Assembly: GCA_977020255.1 (NCBI GenBank)
Contig: CDROCS010000506.1
Location: 2,542,001-2,606,000, forward strand
From: Obrimoposthia wandeli
Taxonomy: Eukaryota
Reading direction: 5' to 3'
Length of the DNA stretch: 64,000 bases
Below are positions 53,834 through 64,000 of this stretch, piece after piece. Numbering within the stretch: the first letter of the stretch is position 1; each line of letters opens with the position of its first letter. Under the pieces are notes generated by a model, which saw only the letters and a list, made by a program, of their open reading frames with translations, was not told the origin of the DNA and did not search any database. A program made the translations under genes and the position numbers.

Positions 53834-54412
53834 ATGAGTGCAAAAGAAACGGACTTGCAACTAGTTGAGCGAGTCCAAGGCGGTGACAAGACCGCATTTA
53901 ATCTATTGGTGACGAAATACCAACAAAAAGTGGCGAACCTGATCTCACGCTATGTATCTGCCAGCGGTGACGTTGCCGATGTGACCCAGGAAGTATTTAT
54001 TAAAGCCTATCGTGCGTTGCCTAATTTTAGGGGCGATAGCGCGTTTTATACTTGGTTATATCGTATTGCCAGTAATACCGCGAAAAACTATTTAATTGCT
54101 CAAAGTAGACGACCACCTGCTAACGATATTGATGCCGCAGATGCGGAGTTCTACGACGGTAACGATGGCATGCGCGAGTCATCAACACCAGAGCGTATTA
54201 TTCTGGCGGAAGAAATGAAAGCGGTGATTTATTCAGTTATTGATGGGTTACCGGATGAATTACGTACCGCGATAACACTACGTGAAATGGAAGGTATGAG
54301 TTATGACGATATTAGTATTGTCATGAGCTGCCCAGTGGGTACTGTTCGCTCACGTATTTTTAGAGCACGTGAAGCGATTGAAGTGAAATTGAAACCCTTA
54401 CTTCAACAGTAA
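53834..54412 (+). CDS. rpoE: ECF sigma factor RpoE
   Basis: AFNLLVTKYQQKV, FRGDSAFYTWLYRIA, CPVGTVRSRIFRAR. Confidence 0.99.
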   Translation: MSAKETDLQLVERVQGGDKTAFNLLVTKYQQKVANLISRYVSASGDVADVTQEVFIKAYRALPNFRGDSAFYTWLYRIASNTAKNYLIAQSRRPPANDIDAADAEFYDGNDGMRESSTPERIILAEEMKAVIYSVIDGLPDELRTAITLREMEGMSYDDISIVMSCPVGTVRSRIFRAREAIEVKLKPLLQQ

Positions 54413-54453
54413 ATCAAACACAGATTACGGACGAGTAAATTTAGGTATTAATT

Positions 54454-55002
54454 ATGATAGAAAAAGAACGTTTATCCTCCATTGTAGACAATGAACATAT
54501 TGATGCAGCATTACTTGATGAGTTAGGTCAGGATGAAGCATTATCGTCAAGCTGGCAGCATTACCACTTGATCGGTGATGTGATGCGTGGTGAAACACCT
54601 GCTACGGTTAATTTAGACCTTACTCGTGCGATCACTGCTGCTATTGCTGAAGAACCAACATTGGTTATGCCAAAAGAAAGTGCGAACGACAGCTCTTTCT
54701 ATCAAAAAATGATCCAGCCTTGGCTAAAAACGGGTGGTCAGTTTGCGATTGCTGCATCGGTTAGCTTAATGGTTATTACGGGTGTGCAGTACAGTAATTC
54801 CGAAGCACCGATAACAGGACTTGAGCCAGCGCTAAATGTCATGCCATTTGCCGGTATCGCATCTCCTGTGAGCTTGAGTATTGAATCACCTGATTCACGC
54901 CAAGTGCAGCCTGAGTTTACCGATGAAGAAAAAGTAGAACAAGTACGCCGCATCAATGCATTTGTGCTTGATCATCAATTACAAAAACGCATCCAGCAAT
55001 AA
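54454..55002 (+). CDS. rseA: anti-sigmaE factor RseA
   Basis: WQHYHLIGDVMRG, one TM segment (QFAIAASV), RINAFVLDHQLQKR. Confidence 0.93.
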   Translation: MIEKERLSSIVDNEHIDAALLDELGQDEALSSSWQHYHLIGDVMRGETPATVNLDLTRAITAAIAEEPTLVMPKESANDSSFYQKMIQPWLKTGGQFAIAASVSLMVITGVQYSNSEAPITGLEPALNVMPFAGIASPVSLSIESPDSRQVQPEFTDEEKVEQVRRINAFVLDHQLQKRIQQ

Positions 55003-55015
55003 TAGTGAGCCAGTA

Positions 55016-56035
55016 ATGTTCAAGAAAAGTGTTGGTTTGTGGATCTTATTGTCTTCACTCTTAAGCTCTGCCGCCTGGAGTGAAGAGGTATCAGTTAAAA
55101 CTGATAGCAGTGTTGCAGCTTCGCCGCAACTATCTGCAGATGCCTTGTTAGACAATATGAAAACGGCATTTAAACAGCTGAATTATGACTTGTCTTATGT
55201 CGAGGTCGAGCGCGGAAGAATTACCCCGATGCGTTATAGCCACGGCGTTATTGATGATGTGTCTGTCGGCCATTTATTGTCGTTGAATGGCAATCCTCGC
55301 GAATATTTACGTCGTGGTGATATTACCAGCTTTTTTGAAGCTGAGCAGCCAGGCTACTCGTTATCATCAACGGCTATACCTGGGCTATTATTTAATTTAA
55401 TGGCAACGGAACTTACGCTTGATGAAAGCTCTTACCAAGCTATTTATGTCGGTGGGAAATCACGTGTGACAGGACGTTTAAGTCAAGTTGTACGTGTCGT
55501 CCCGAATGATAAATACCGTTTTGGTTATTTGATTTGGATTGATATAACCACGAATTTACCGCTGCGTATTGATATGATCAAAGACAGTGGTGAAGTGGTA
55601 TTCCAAGTGATGGCTATTTCTTTGTATCAGTTCCCTGATGTGACGCCTTGGTTAGAACAATTGAACTCAGTTAAACTACCGCCGGTATTATCTGCCATGC
55701 AAACCCAAGCCTTAATGCCTGCGCCGACTAAATCGGAATGGAAAACGGCTTGGATGCCTGGTGGCTTTAAATTGATTGTGAGTAATAAACATCAGATTGC
55801 AGGTATAGATCAAACAATTGATTATATGCAATTTTCAGATGGGTTAGTGGATATATCTATCTACGTTAATACCAATGTGAAAGCGGGTAGTTTAAGTCAA
55901 GGATTAGGTGTATCGGGACAAATTAGTTTACAATCTAAAATCACTGATGATATTGAGATTGTGGTGGTGGGCGAAGTACCAAGCGCAACCGCCAAGAAAA
56001 TTGCCGACTCTGTCGTGCGTAATCTTGATGACTAA
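55016..56035 (+). CDS. rseB: RseB/MucB periplasmic regulator
   Basis: Signal peptide from ATG 55016; LNGNPREY, GRLSQVVRV, FSDGLVDISIY, VVGEVP. Confidence 0.93.
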   Translation: MFKKSVGLWILLSSLLSSAAWSEEVSVKTDSSVAASPQLSADALLDNMKTAFKQLNYDLSYVEVERGRITPMRYSHGVIDDVSVGHLLSLNGNPREYLRRGDITSFFEAEQPGYSLSSTAIPGLLFNLMATELTLDESSYQAIYVGGKSRVTGRLSQVVRVVPNDKYRFGYLIWIDITTNLPLRIDMIKDSGEVVFQVMAISLYQFPDVTPWLEQLNSVKLPPVLSAMQTQALMPAPTKSEWKTAWMPGGFKLIVSNKHQIAGIDQTIDYMQFSDGLVDISIYVNTNVKAGSLSQGLGVSGQISLQSKITDDIEIVVVGEVPSATAKKIADSVVRNLDD

Positions 56036-56050
56036 TTTATTCTAATTAAG

Positions 56051-56144
56051 CGTGACTGAACTTAACGATATAGCACTTAACTATTAGCTCTTAAAGATAT
56101 AGCTCTTAAAGATATAGCTAAGTGCGTCGTTGGAGTCAGTCACG
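56051..56144. repeat. 94-bp intergenic hairpin with an internal 15-bp tandem repeat
   Basis: CGTGACTGA/TCAGTCACG and GCACTTA/TAAGTGC arms; loop TAGCTCTTAAAGATA x2.3. Confidence 0.85.
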
Positions 56145-56171
56145 ATTGCTTTAAGCTAAGGTATGCACCGT

Positions 56172-56651
56172 ATGATAATTGAAACAGCAGTGGTAAAAAG
56201 TGTAACTGGTGATCAAGTATCGGTACAGTGCGAGAGCCAAGCTGCGTGTAACCATTGTCATGCCAGTGACAATTGCGGTACCGGTACCGTCGCGAAAGCA
56301 TTCCCACATCGGATCCACAATTTTACCGTTACTAAAACGGCAGATGTCGTCGCTGGTGATAAAATCGAAATTGGTTTACGTGAAAAGAATTTAGTCACCA
56401 GCGCCATGCTGGTTTACTTATTGCCGTTAGCAACAATTTTACTGTCACTGGGTCTTGGCCAGTATTTATCTCAAGTTTTCCAATTTGAAGGTGAAGGCTT
56501 GGTTATTCTCGCGGCTTTTATTGGTGGTTATATTGGTTTCATTAGCACGCGAAAACTAAGTGTTAAATTCGATCAAAGCTTTGATTTAAAACCTAAAATG
56601 CTAGGTGTTGTGGCTCAATCGGAAGTGATAGGACAATGGCGCGCTGATTAA
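56172..56651 (+). CDS. rseC: RseC/MucC
   Basis: MIIETAVV, CNHCHASDNCG, SAMLVYLLPL, two TM segments. Confidence 0.92.
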   Translation: MIIETAVVKSVTGDQVSVQCESQAACNHCHASDNCGTGTVAKAFPHRIHNFTVTKTADVVAGDKIEIGLREKNLVTSAMLVYLLPLATILLSLGLGQYLSQVFQFEGEGLVILAAFIGGYIGFISTRKLSVKFDQSFDLKPKMLGVVAQSEVIGQWRAD

Positions 56652-56743
56652 AAGTAATTGAAAGATAGCAGTCATCCCTTAAATCCGTTAAAATCCGCCT
56701 CATTAAGTGTCATATCTACTAAGTATTGGATATTATCTAACTC

Positions 56744-58540
56744 ATGAAACACATTCGTAATTTTTCAATTATTGCTCATATCGATCACGGTAAATCAACT
56801 TTATCAGATCGTTTAATTTCGCATTGCGGTGGTTTATCTGACCGTGAAATGGCAGCACAAGTTCTTGACTCAATGGATATTGAGCGCGAGCGTGGCATTA
56901 CAATTAAAGCGCAAAGCGTAACACTGGATTATAAAGCGAAAGATGGTGAAACATACCAGCTTAACTTTATTGATACGCCAGGACACGTGGACTTCAGCTA
57001 TGAGGTTTCTCGCTCATTAGCAGCCTGTGAGGGTGCTTTACTTGTTGTCGACGCCGGTCAAGGCGTAGAAGCACAAACACTAGCAAACTGTTATACCGCG
57101 ATGGAGATGGATCTGGAAGTTGTGCCGATCCTGAATAAAATCGATTTACCTGCCGCCGATCCTGATCGCGTAGCAGAAGAAATCGAAGACATCATTGGTA
57201 TTGATGCAATGGAAGCGACTCGTTGCTCTGCAAAAACTGGTTTAGGTATCGAAGACGTACTTGAAACAATTGTAAGAGAAATTCCGTGCCCATCAAAAGG
57301 TTCAGCTGACGCACCATTACAAGCCCTGATTATCGATTCATGGTTTGATAACTACCAAGGTGTTGTATCACTAGTACGTATCACCAACGGTGTATTACGT
57401 AAAGGTGACAAGCTTACTGTTATGTCGACGGGTGAATCTCATCTTGTTGATAAAGCAGGTATCTTCACACCAAAACAAGTTGAGACTGGTATCTTAGGTT
57501 GTGGTGAAGTTGGTTTTGTTATTTGCGGTATTAAAGATATTTTAGGCGCACCAGTAGGTGATACGCTAACGAATACGCGTAACCCAGCTGATGCACCTGT
57601 ACCTGGTTTCAGTAAAGTTAAACCTCAGGTTTATGCGGGCTTGTTCCCAATTAGTTCTGATGATTATGAAGCGTTCCGTGATGCACTTGGTAAGCTAAGT
57701 CTAAACGATGCGTCTTTGTTCTACGAACCAGAAAGCTCTTCAGCACTTGGTTTTGGTTTCCGTTGTGGTTTCTTAGGTTTACTGCACATGGAAATCATTC
57801 AAGAGCGTTTAGAACGTGAATACGATCTTGATTTGATCACCACTGCACCAACAGTTGTCTACGAAGTAGAAACTAAAAAAGGTGAAGTGATATACGTTGA
57901 TAGCCCTGCTAAATTACCAGCATTGAATGATATCGAAGAAATTCGTGAACCAATCGCTGAATGTAATATTTTAGTACCACAAGAATACTTAGGTAACGTA
58001 ATTACCTTATGTATCGATAAACGTGGTGTACAAACTAAGATGGATTATCACGGCAAGCAAGTAGCATTAACTTACGAGATCCCAATGGGTGAAGTAGTAA
58101 TGGACTTCTTTGACCGTCTGAAATCAACAAGCCGTGGTTATGCGTCGCTAGATTACTCTTTCATTCGTTTCACTGTTGCCGACATGGTACGTGTTGATGT
58201 ATTAATTAATACCGACCGTGTTGATGCGTTAGCGATGATTACTCACCGTGATAACTCACTTAACCGTGGTCGTTTATTGGTTGAGAAAATGAAAGAACTG
58301 ATCCCACGTCAAATGTTTAACATTGCGATTCAGGCTGTTATTGGCTCGCAAGTGATTGCCCGTAGTACCGTTAAGCAAATGCGTAAAAACGTAATTGCAA
58401 AATGTTATGGCGGTGATATCAGTCGTAAGAAGAAATTGCTACAGAAACAGAAAGACGGTAAGAAACGCATGAAGCAAGTTGGTAATGTTGAGGTTCCTCA
58501 AGAAGCCTTCTTAGCTGTGTTGCATATCGGAAAGGACTAA
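56744..58540 (+). CDS. lepA: elongation factor 4
   Basis: [43 protein letters not shown]. Confidence 0.99.
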   Translation: MKHIRNFSIIAHIDHGKSTLSDRLISHCGGLSDREMAAQVLDSMDIERERGITIKAQSVTLDYKAKDGETYQLNFIDTPGHVDFSYEVSRSLAACEGALLVVDAGQGVEAQTLANCYTAMEMDLEVVPILNKIDLPAADPDRVAEEIEDIIGIDAMEATRCSAKTGLGIEDVLETIVREIPCPSKGSADAPLQALIIDSWFDNYQGVVSLVRITNGVLRKGDKLTVMSTGESHLVDKAGIFTPKQVETGILGCGEVGFVICGIKDILGAPVGDTLTNTRNPADAPVPGFSKVKPQVYAGLFPISSDDYEAFRDALGKLSLNDASLFYEPESSSALGFGFRCGFLGLLHMEIIQERLEREYDLDLITTAPTVVYEVETKKGEVIYVDSPAKLPALNDIEEIREPIAECNILVPQEYLGNVITLCIDKRGVQTKMDYHGKQVALTYEIPMGEVVMDFFDRLKSTSRGYASLDYSFIRFTVADMVRVDVLINTDRVDALAMITHRDNSLNRGRLLVEKMKELIPRQMFNIAIQAVIGSQVIARSTVKQMRKNVIAKCYGGDISRKKKLLQKQKDGKKRMKQVGNVEVPQEAFLAVLHIGKD

Positions 58541-58544
58541 ATAA

Positions 58545-59459
58545 ATGGCAACCTATTTTTCATTGATATTGGTATTAGTAACGTTTGTTAGCGGTATTAT
58601 TTGGGCGTTAGATAAACTGATCTGGGAAAAAGCGCGCGCTGAAAAAGTTGCGTTTGCTCAAACCCAAGCAGAGTTACCACCTGAAGCTGTTGCAAAATTA
58701 GGGCAAGAATCGTTTATTGTTGAAAATGCAAAATCGATTTTTCCTGTTATTGCAGCGGTATTGGTATTGCGTTCATTTTTATACGAACCATTTCAAATTC
58801 CATCAGGCTCGATGATGCCAACGCTATTAGTTGGTGACTTCATTCTGGTAGAGAAATTCAGTTATGGCGTTAAAGATCCAGTATTACGTTCTACACTTAT
58901 CGAAACAGGTAAGCCGGAACGTGGTGATGTGGCGGTATTTAAATACCCGCCACAGCCAACCGTTGATTACATTAAACGTGTAGTCGGGTTGCCGGGTGAT
59001 CGTATCGCTTATCGTGGAAAACAGGTTTTCATTCAAAAAGCATGCACTGGAACAGACTGTAAAGGTTTTGAAAAACTCGATCTTAGCTTAGTCGAAATCG
59101 GCAAGTTTAAAGATCAAATGGTTGAATTACAGCAATATACAGAGCAACTAGGGGATGTTGCACATAACATCTTAATTAACCCTAGCCGCCCTGATTTAGC
59201 GCGTGATTTTTATCAGCAAGACAATCCGCCAACCCGTCAATATGAATGGGTTGTACCGGATGGTAATTACTTTATGATGGGTGATAACCGTGATAATAGT
59301 GCTGATAGCCGTTTTTGGGGTTTTGTTCCAGAAGCAAATTTAGTCGGCAAGGCTGTGTTCATTTGGACTAGTTTCGAATTTGAACGCGACCAAGATTCTT
59401 TGTTACCTGGTTGGATCCCAACAGGTATACGCTTTAGTCGTATTGGCAAATTAAAATAA
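58545..59459 (+). CDS. lepB: signal peptidase I
   Basis: [37 protein letters not shown]. Confidence 0.98.
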   Translation: MATYFSLILVLVTFVSGIIWALDKLIWEKARAEKVAFAQTQAELPPEAVAKLGQESFIVENAKSIFPVIAAVLVLRSFLYEPFQIPSGSMMPTLLVGDFILVEKFSYGVKDPVLRSTLIETGKPERGDVAVFKYPPQPTVDYIKRVVGLPGDRIAYRGKQVFIQKACTGTDCKGFEKLDLSLVEIGKFKDQMVELQQYTEQLGDVAHNILINPSRPDLARDFYQQDNPPTRQYEWVVPDGNYFMMGDNRDNSADSRFWGFVPEANLVGKAVFIWTSFEFERDQDSLLPGWIPTGIRFSRIGKLK

Positions 59460-59461
59460 TT

Positions 59462-60133
59462 ATGACAATTTTATTAGAAAAATTACAACGAGTATTAGGT
59501 TATCAGTATCAAGATGCTGGTCTATTACAACAAGCACTGACGCACCGTAGCGCTTACTTTAAGCATAACGAACGTCTTGAGTTTCTTGGTGATTCTGTAC
59601 TTGGTTTTATTATCTCGGATGCATTGTTTTGCAAATTTCCAGAGGTACCTGAAGGTGATTTAAGCCGTATGCGTGCAACCTTAGTTAAAGGTTTAACGCT
59701 AGCTGAAATTGCCCGTGAGTTTGAACTAAGTGAATGTTTGATCTTAGGTCCTGGTGAATTGAAAAGTGGTGGCTTCCGTCGCGAATCAATCCTAGCAGAT
59801 ACGGTTGAAGCCCTGATTGGTGCTATGTATCTGGACAGTGATATCGAGAAAACACGTGAACGTGTATTGGCTTGGTATGCATCGCGTTTATCTGCGATCA
59901 AACCAGGTATCGATCAGAAAGATGCGAAAACACAGTTACAAGAATGGTTGCAAGGACGTAAGCAAGCTCTTCCACTGTATCAAGTAGAAGAAGTTAAAGG
60001 TGAAGCTCACAATCAAGAGTTCACTATTCATTGCGTTATTGAAGGCCTAGAGCAACCTGTTACAGGTAAAGGTACTAGTCGTCGTAAAGCAGAACAAGAA
60101 GCAGCTCAAAAAGCATTGGAGCAATTACAATGA
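59462..60133 (+). CDS. rnc: ribonuclease III
   Basis: [20 protein letters not shown], dsRBD. Confidence 0.99.
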   Translation: MTILLEKLQRVLGYQYQDAGLLQQALTHRSAYFKHNERLEFLGDSVLGFIISDALFCKFPEVPEGDLSRMRATLVKGLTLAEIAREFELSECLILGPGELKSGGFRRESILADTVEALIGAMYLDSDIEKTRERVLAWYASRLSAIKPGIDQKDAKTQLQEWLQGRKQALPLYQVEEVKGEAHNQEFTIHCVIEGLEQPVTGKGTSRRKAEQEAAQKALEQLQ

Positions 60134-61041
60134 GTGATATGACTTATAGCGGCTTTGTTGCTATCGTTGGCCGTCCTAACGTTGGTAAATCAACGTTATT
60201 AAACCGAATCCTTGGACAAAAGGTAAGTATTACCTCGCGTAAGCCACAAACGACTCGTCACCGTATTCTAGGTATTGATACTGAAGAAAACCGTCAAACG
60301 GTTTATGTTGATACTCCAGGTCTACACATCGATGAAAAACGTGCGATTAACCGTTTAATGAACCGTGCAGCAAGCAGCTCATTAAAAGATATGAATGTTG
60401 ATGCAGTTATTTTTGTTGTTGATGGTACCCGTTGGACCGACGATGATGAAATGGTATTAAACAAGCTACGTGAGATTAACTGCCCAGTTTACTTGGCGAT
60501 TAATAAAACCGATGCGATTAAAGATAAAGCTGAAGAATTAATGCCTCATTTGAAGGTATTAGCGGATAAGTTTGATTTCGCAGAAATCATCCCTATTTCG
60601 GCAACGAAAGGTACTAACGTAGAAATGCTACGTAGTATTTGTTCGCAGCAGTTACAAGAAGGTGGTTTTTACTTCCCTGAAGATCATGTAACGGATCGTT
60701 CTTCACGCTTCATGGCATCTGAAATCATTCGTGAAAAACTAATGCGTTTCACTGGCCAAGAACTGCCTTACTCAACGACTGTTGAGATCGAGCAATTTAA
60801 AGTAAGTGAAAACGGCACGTTCCATATCAATGCGTTAATTTTGGTTGAACGTGATACCCAAAAACGTATGGTTATTGGTAACAAAGGTTCAAAACTAAAG
60901 ACTATTGGTACTGAAGCGCGACGTGATATGGAAACTTTGTTTGATAATAAAGTATTCCTAGAATGTTGGGTTAAAGTGAAGTCTGGTTGGGCTGATGATG
61001 AACGTGCACTTCGTAGCTTAGGTTACGGTGACGAAGTCTAA
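60130..61041 (+). CDS. era: GTPase Era
   Basis: [27 protein letters not shown] domain. Confidence 0.99.
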   Translation: MSDMTYSGFVAIVGRPNVGKSTLLNRILGQKVSITSRKPQTTRHRILGIDTEENRQTVYVDTPGLHIDEKRAINRLMNRAASSSLKDMNVDAVIFVVDGTRWTDDDEMVLNKLREINCPVYLAINKTDAIKDKAEELMPHLKVLADKFDFAEIIPISATKGTNVEMLRSICSQQLQEGGFYFPEDHVTDRSSRFMASEIIREKLMRFTGQELPYSTTVEIEQFKVSENGTFHINALILVERDTQKRMVIGNKGSKLKTIGTEARRDMETLFDNKVFLECWVKVKSGWADDERALRSLGYGDEV

Positions 61042-61054
61042 ATAGCTTTATTGC

Positions 61055-61762
61055 ATGGACTTACAAAACGCCTTTGTACTGCACCGTCGTCCATTTAAGG
61101 AGTCGAGTTTATTAATCGACTTCTTTACCATTAACGATGGCAAAATTTCGTTAGTGGGACGTGCAGGGCGAGGGCGTAAAAACAGTCAAAGTGCAATTTT
61201 ACAGCCGTTTACCTTACTTAATATCGCCTATGCCGGCAAAGGTGGACTCAAGTCCATGCGTCAGGTCGAGGCGGTATCTAATTCATTACCGCTTGCCGGT
61301 AAGCATCTCTACGCTAGTTTTTACCTCAACGAATTACTCTATCGTTTACTCGCCAGTGAACAAGCTAATCCCGAATTATTCTCTCATTACCAAAATGCCT
61401 TATTAGCGTTAGCTAAACGCGAACCACTTGAACCCTTATTGCGTGAATTCGAATTAAATTTAATGCAATGTTTAGGTAACATTGGTGCGTTAAGCTATTG
61501 CGCTGATACGATGGATGCAGTATTCCCGGAGCGGATGTATAAATACGTCGCCCATGTTGGGATCGTACCGTCCATTTATAAAGTCGCTGTGGGCAGCTCA
61601 TTTTTAGGTAAAGATTTACTGGCATTTGAGCAACGACAATTTAATCCAGAAAATTTAGCAGCTGCAAAACGTTTTTGTCGACAAATTTTGTTACCCTATC
61701 TGGGCAACAAGCCGCTGAAAAGCAGGGAACTGTTTATTAATAAGCCGATTAAAAACAGATAG
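61055..61762 (+). CDS. recO: DNA repair protein RecO
   Basis: AFVLHRRPFKESSL, LQPF, FYLNELL, LRxFE (LREFE), PLKSRELF. Confidence 0.96.
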   Translation: MDLQNAFVLHRRPFKESSLLIDFFTINDGKISLVGRAGRGRKNSQSAILQPFTLLNIAYAGKGGLKSMRQVEAVSNSLPLAGKHLYASFYLNELLYRLLASEQANPELFSHYQNALLALAKREPLEPLLREFELNLMQCLGNIGALSYCADTMDAVFPERMYKYVAHVGIVPSIYKVAVGSSFLGKDLLAFEQRQFNPENLAAAKRFCRQILLPYLGNKPLKSRELFINKPIKNR

Positions 61763-61860
61763 TTGCTTATTAATTAGCACCTTAAAAGCGGATTGCTATT
61801 TATTAATAAGCCACTGAACGTAGATAACTATTTATCAATAAGGGAATTAAACGTGAATAA
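61730..61860 (+). repeat. four degenerate 32-33-bp tandem units at the recO-pdxJ junction
   Basis: Core TTTATTAATAAGCC-like motif at 61733, 61766, 61799 and 61831. Confidence 0.75.
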
Positions 61861-62590
61861 GATCTTTTTAGGTGTCAACATTGACCACATTGCAACCTTA
61901 CGCCAAGCACGCGGCACGACTTACCCTGATCCTGTCCATGCAGCTGCTGTTGCTGAATTAAACGGCGCAGACGGTATTACGGTGCATTTACGTGAAGACC
62001 GTCGTCACATTGTTGACCGTGATGTACGTGTATTGAAAGAGACTATTCAAACACGCATGAATCTAGAAATGGCTGTAACGACAGAGATGCTGGATATTGC
62101 TTGTGAGATCAAACCTGAGTTTGTTTGTTTAGTGCCTGAAAAGCGTGAAGAGTTGACGACTGAAGGTGGCTTGGATGTACTTGGTCAACAAGACAAGATC
62201 ACGAAAGCGGTGACACGTTTAAGCGAAGCGGGCATTCTCGTCTCATTATTCATTGATGCAGACAAAGAACAAATCGATGCAGCGGTTGCCACTGGCGCGC
62301 CGTACATTGAAGTGCACACAGGTGCTTATGCGGATGCTGAGTCTGAACCTGAACAGCAAGCGGAATTGAAGAAAATTTCTGCAGGCGTAAGTTATGCACA
62401 TAACGCTGGCTTGAAAGTAAATGCAGGCCATGGTTTGCATTACCATAACGTCCACCCTATCGCGGCTATTCCTGAAATTTATGAATTGAATATCGGCCAT
62501 GCAATCATCGCCCGCGCGGCATTTGATGGTTTAGGTAAAGCAGTAAAAGACATGCAAGTGATCATGCAAGAAGCACGTAATAATAGCTAA
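61853..62590 (+). CDS. pdxJ: pyridoxine 5'-phosphate synthase
   Basis: GTG start after AAGGGA; [37 protein letters not shown]. Confidence 0.98.
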   Translation: MNKIFLGVNIDHIATLRQARGTTYPDPVHAAAVAELNGADGITVHLREDRRHIVDRDVRVLKETIQTRMNLEMAVTTEMLDIACEIKPEFVCLVPEKREELTTEGGLDVLGQQDKITKAVTRLSEAGILVSLFIDADKEQIDAAVATGAPYIEVHTGAYADAESEPEQQAELKKISAGVSYAHNAGLKVNAGHGLHYHNVHPIAAIPEIYELNIGHAIIARAAFDGLGKAVKDMQVIMQEARNNS

Positions 62591-62617
62591 CGTGATTACC
62601 AGTATCTGCATATAAAC

Positions 62618-62672
62618 AAAGCCAATGTTCAGCTGTTTAACAGAATAGTTAAATAGTCCTGAACATTGGTTT
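62618..62672. terminator. long hairpin / bidirectional terminator after pdxJ
   Basis: AAAGCCAATGTTCAG-CTGTTTAAC...GTTAAATAG-tc-CTGAACATTGGTTT. Confidence 0.8.
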
Positions 62673-62690
62673 ACGTTATTGTGACATGCA

Positions 62691-63065
62691 TTATTGTTTT
62701 TTGAATTGGCAATAACTTAATACAGACATCAACGTAAAGAATGCGGGATCACTCCAACCGAATCCGACAAAAAGTCCAGTTACACTGGCGTAAAGAGTTA
62801 TGATTGTGCCCAGTAGATTGGTAATCAATAACGCTAATAAAAGTTTCTTCGCAATACTTCCTGGTTCAATATCCCTTAATAAAAAACTGACTGCCGCTAT
62901 ACCGCCTAAGAAAATACTATTATGTTGTGATAAAAAGTAAGCATATTTGTCGTTCACTTCGATACCATATATTGGCCATATAATCGTGGGAATAAAAAAT
63001 AAGGCTAAAGCAAATACCACATGAATGATGCCATTTAAGGTTAAGAATGTTTTATTTTTCATCAT
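62691..63065 (-). CDS. hypothetical 4-TM membrane protein
   Basis: 124 aa with four hydrophobic segments; ATG 63065 after GGGGA; overlaps the ydhR stop by 14 bp. Confidence 0.8.
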   Translation of the reverse strand: MMKNKTFLTLNGIIHVVFALALFFIPTIIWPIYGIEVNDKYAYFLSQHNSIFLGGIAAVSFLLRDIEPGSIAKKLLLALLITNLLGTIITLYASVTGLFVGFGWSDPAFFTLMSVLSYCQFKKQ

Positions 63066-63378
63066 TGTTGATCCCCGTAAGTGGGGCATTATTAATGCTC
63101 GATAGCGGTATGTTAATATCGAAAATATACCCTCTGATCTTTGTTACTCCCATCGCTTTTAAGCGGGCTGAATGCATCTCCAAATAAGCCTGTGCATACG
63201 CTTCATTTTCAAATAGGTAAATACCACCACCTAATTGTGCTTTCTGGTTTTCAGTCCAAATCTTCCAAATCATGCCTGGTTCATGATTAATTGATTCAGC
63301 TAGTCCAACCAACATCGCTGACATCTCATCACCAAATGGACCTGTAAAATCGAAATCTACTTGTAATAATTTTTGCAT
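63052..63378 (-). CDS. ydhR: YdhR-family putative monooxygenase (dimeric alpha-beta barrel)
   Basis: MQKLLQVDFDFTGPFG...LAESINHEPGMIWKIWTEN...GGIYLF...YLEMHSARL closely parallels E. coli YdhR. Confidence 0.9.
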   Translation of the reverse strand: MQKLLQVDFDFTGPFGDEMSAMLVGLAESINHEPGMIWKIWTENQKAQLGGGIYLFENEAYAQAYLEMHSARLKAMGVTKIRGYIFDINIPLSSINNAPLTGINNDEK

Positions 63379-63517
63379 TCTATATCTCCAATCGCATATA
63401 TATGAGCTGAGCAAGCGATATGCTTTTGCTTGCTCTTTGTTATAGGCACTATAATATCTATAAAAATTGAACATAAAAGTTCATAAAACTGCGTATAACT
63501 GTGGAATAAATAGACCA

Positions 63518-64000
63518 ATGAGATTAAAGACAACATTAGATCAATGGCTGACCTTATTTGAGGTTGATAAGGCTGGTAGCATTCAGGCGGCTGCGGTAGT
63601 GTTAAATAAAAGCCATACCACTTTGATCTATGCGATTAAAAAGCTTGAAGATCAACTTGGCGTATCGCTTGTTAAAATTAAGGGGCGACGCGCAGTGCTT
63701 ACCGATGATGGTAAGTCGTTATTACGCAGGGCGCAGTCAATGATTGAGCAAGCACAAGCACTAGAGGAAATAAGTACTCAACTGACGCAAGGTGTGGAAT
63801 CTGAGATAGTGATAGCCATTGATCATCTGTGCGACCGACAATGGTTGTATGGATCCTTGGCCACTTTCCTTGCGCAAAATAGTACGACGTCGATTAAAAT
63901 AGTAGAAACCTCGTTATCAAAAACCACGAGTATGGTGGAAGAGCAGCAAGCAGATATTTCCATTGTTAATTTCCCAATCACCAATTATCCCTGTGAATCA
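63518..64000 (+). CDS. LysR family regulator (partial, runs off the window)
   Basis: Translated by hand: MRLKTTLDQWLTLFEVDKAGSIQAAAVVLNKSHTTLIYAIKKLEDQLGVSL; open to 64000; divergent from ydhR. Confidence 0.9.
   Translation, partial: MRLKTTLDQWLTLFEVDKAGSIQAAAVVLNKSHTTLIYAIKKLEDQLGVSLVKIKGRRAVLTDDGKSLLRRAQSMIEQAQALEEISTQLTQGVESEIVIAIDHLCDRQWLYGSLATFLAQNSTTSIKIVETSLSKTTSMVEEQQADISIVNFPITNYPCES

Overview
A mostly core-genome window from an AT-rich marine gammaproteobacterium. Protein sequences and gene order are Vibrio/Shewanella-like; Moritella-like is my inference and is not provable here. Core blocks, left to right: partial MATE; groES-groEL; ndh; epmB-efp-epmA; mscM-psd-rsgA-orn; an array of 8 identical tRNA-Gly(GCC) genes; queG; tsaE-amiB-mutL-miaA-hfq-hflXKC; fldB; xerD-dsbC-recJ-prfB-lysS; ygfZ-sdhE-ygfX; nadB; rpoE-rseABC; lepA-lepB-rnc-era-recO-pdxJ. 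Accessory genes lie at about 3.7-12.4 kb (VF530 gene, 5'-nucleotidase lipoprotein, OYE/Grx2-like/MFS/LysR module, acuI-acuR), at 27.7-30 kb, at 44.5 kb, at 50-51.9 kb and at the right end (YdhR, membrane protein, LysR). I found no integrase, transposase, prophage or CRISPR array, and I cannot demonstrate a wholly new system. Best leads: (1) epmB is split by a frameshift; (2) a VF530 gene sits between two identical 42-bp terminators; (3) a candidate enoate/electrophile detoxification cluster carries a monothiol CPFS Grx2-like protein, paired TAGAC-N5-GTCTA operators and an apparently leaderless acuR; (4) the tRNA-Gly x8 array has structured spacers with a higher-order pattern; (5) several unannotated intergenic elements, including a MITE-like 86-bp hairpin, ERIC-like half ends, a rseB-rseC hairpin and decayed 33-bp repeats at recO-pdxJ; (6) acpS is absent after pdxJ.
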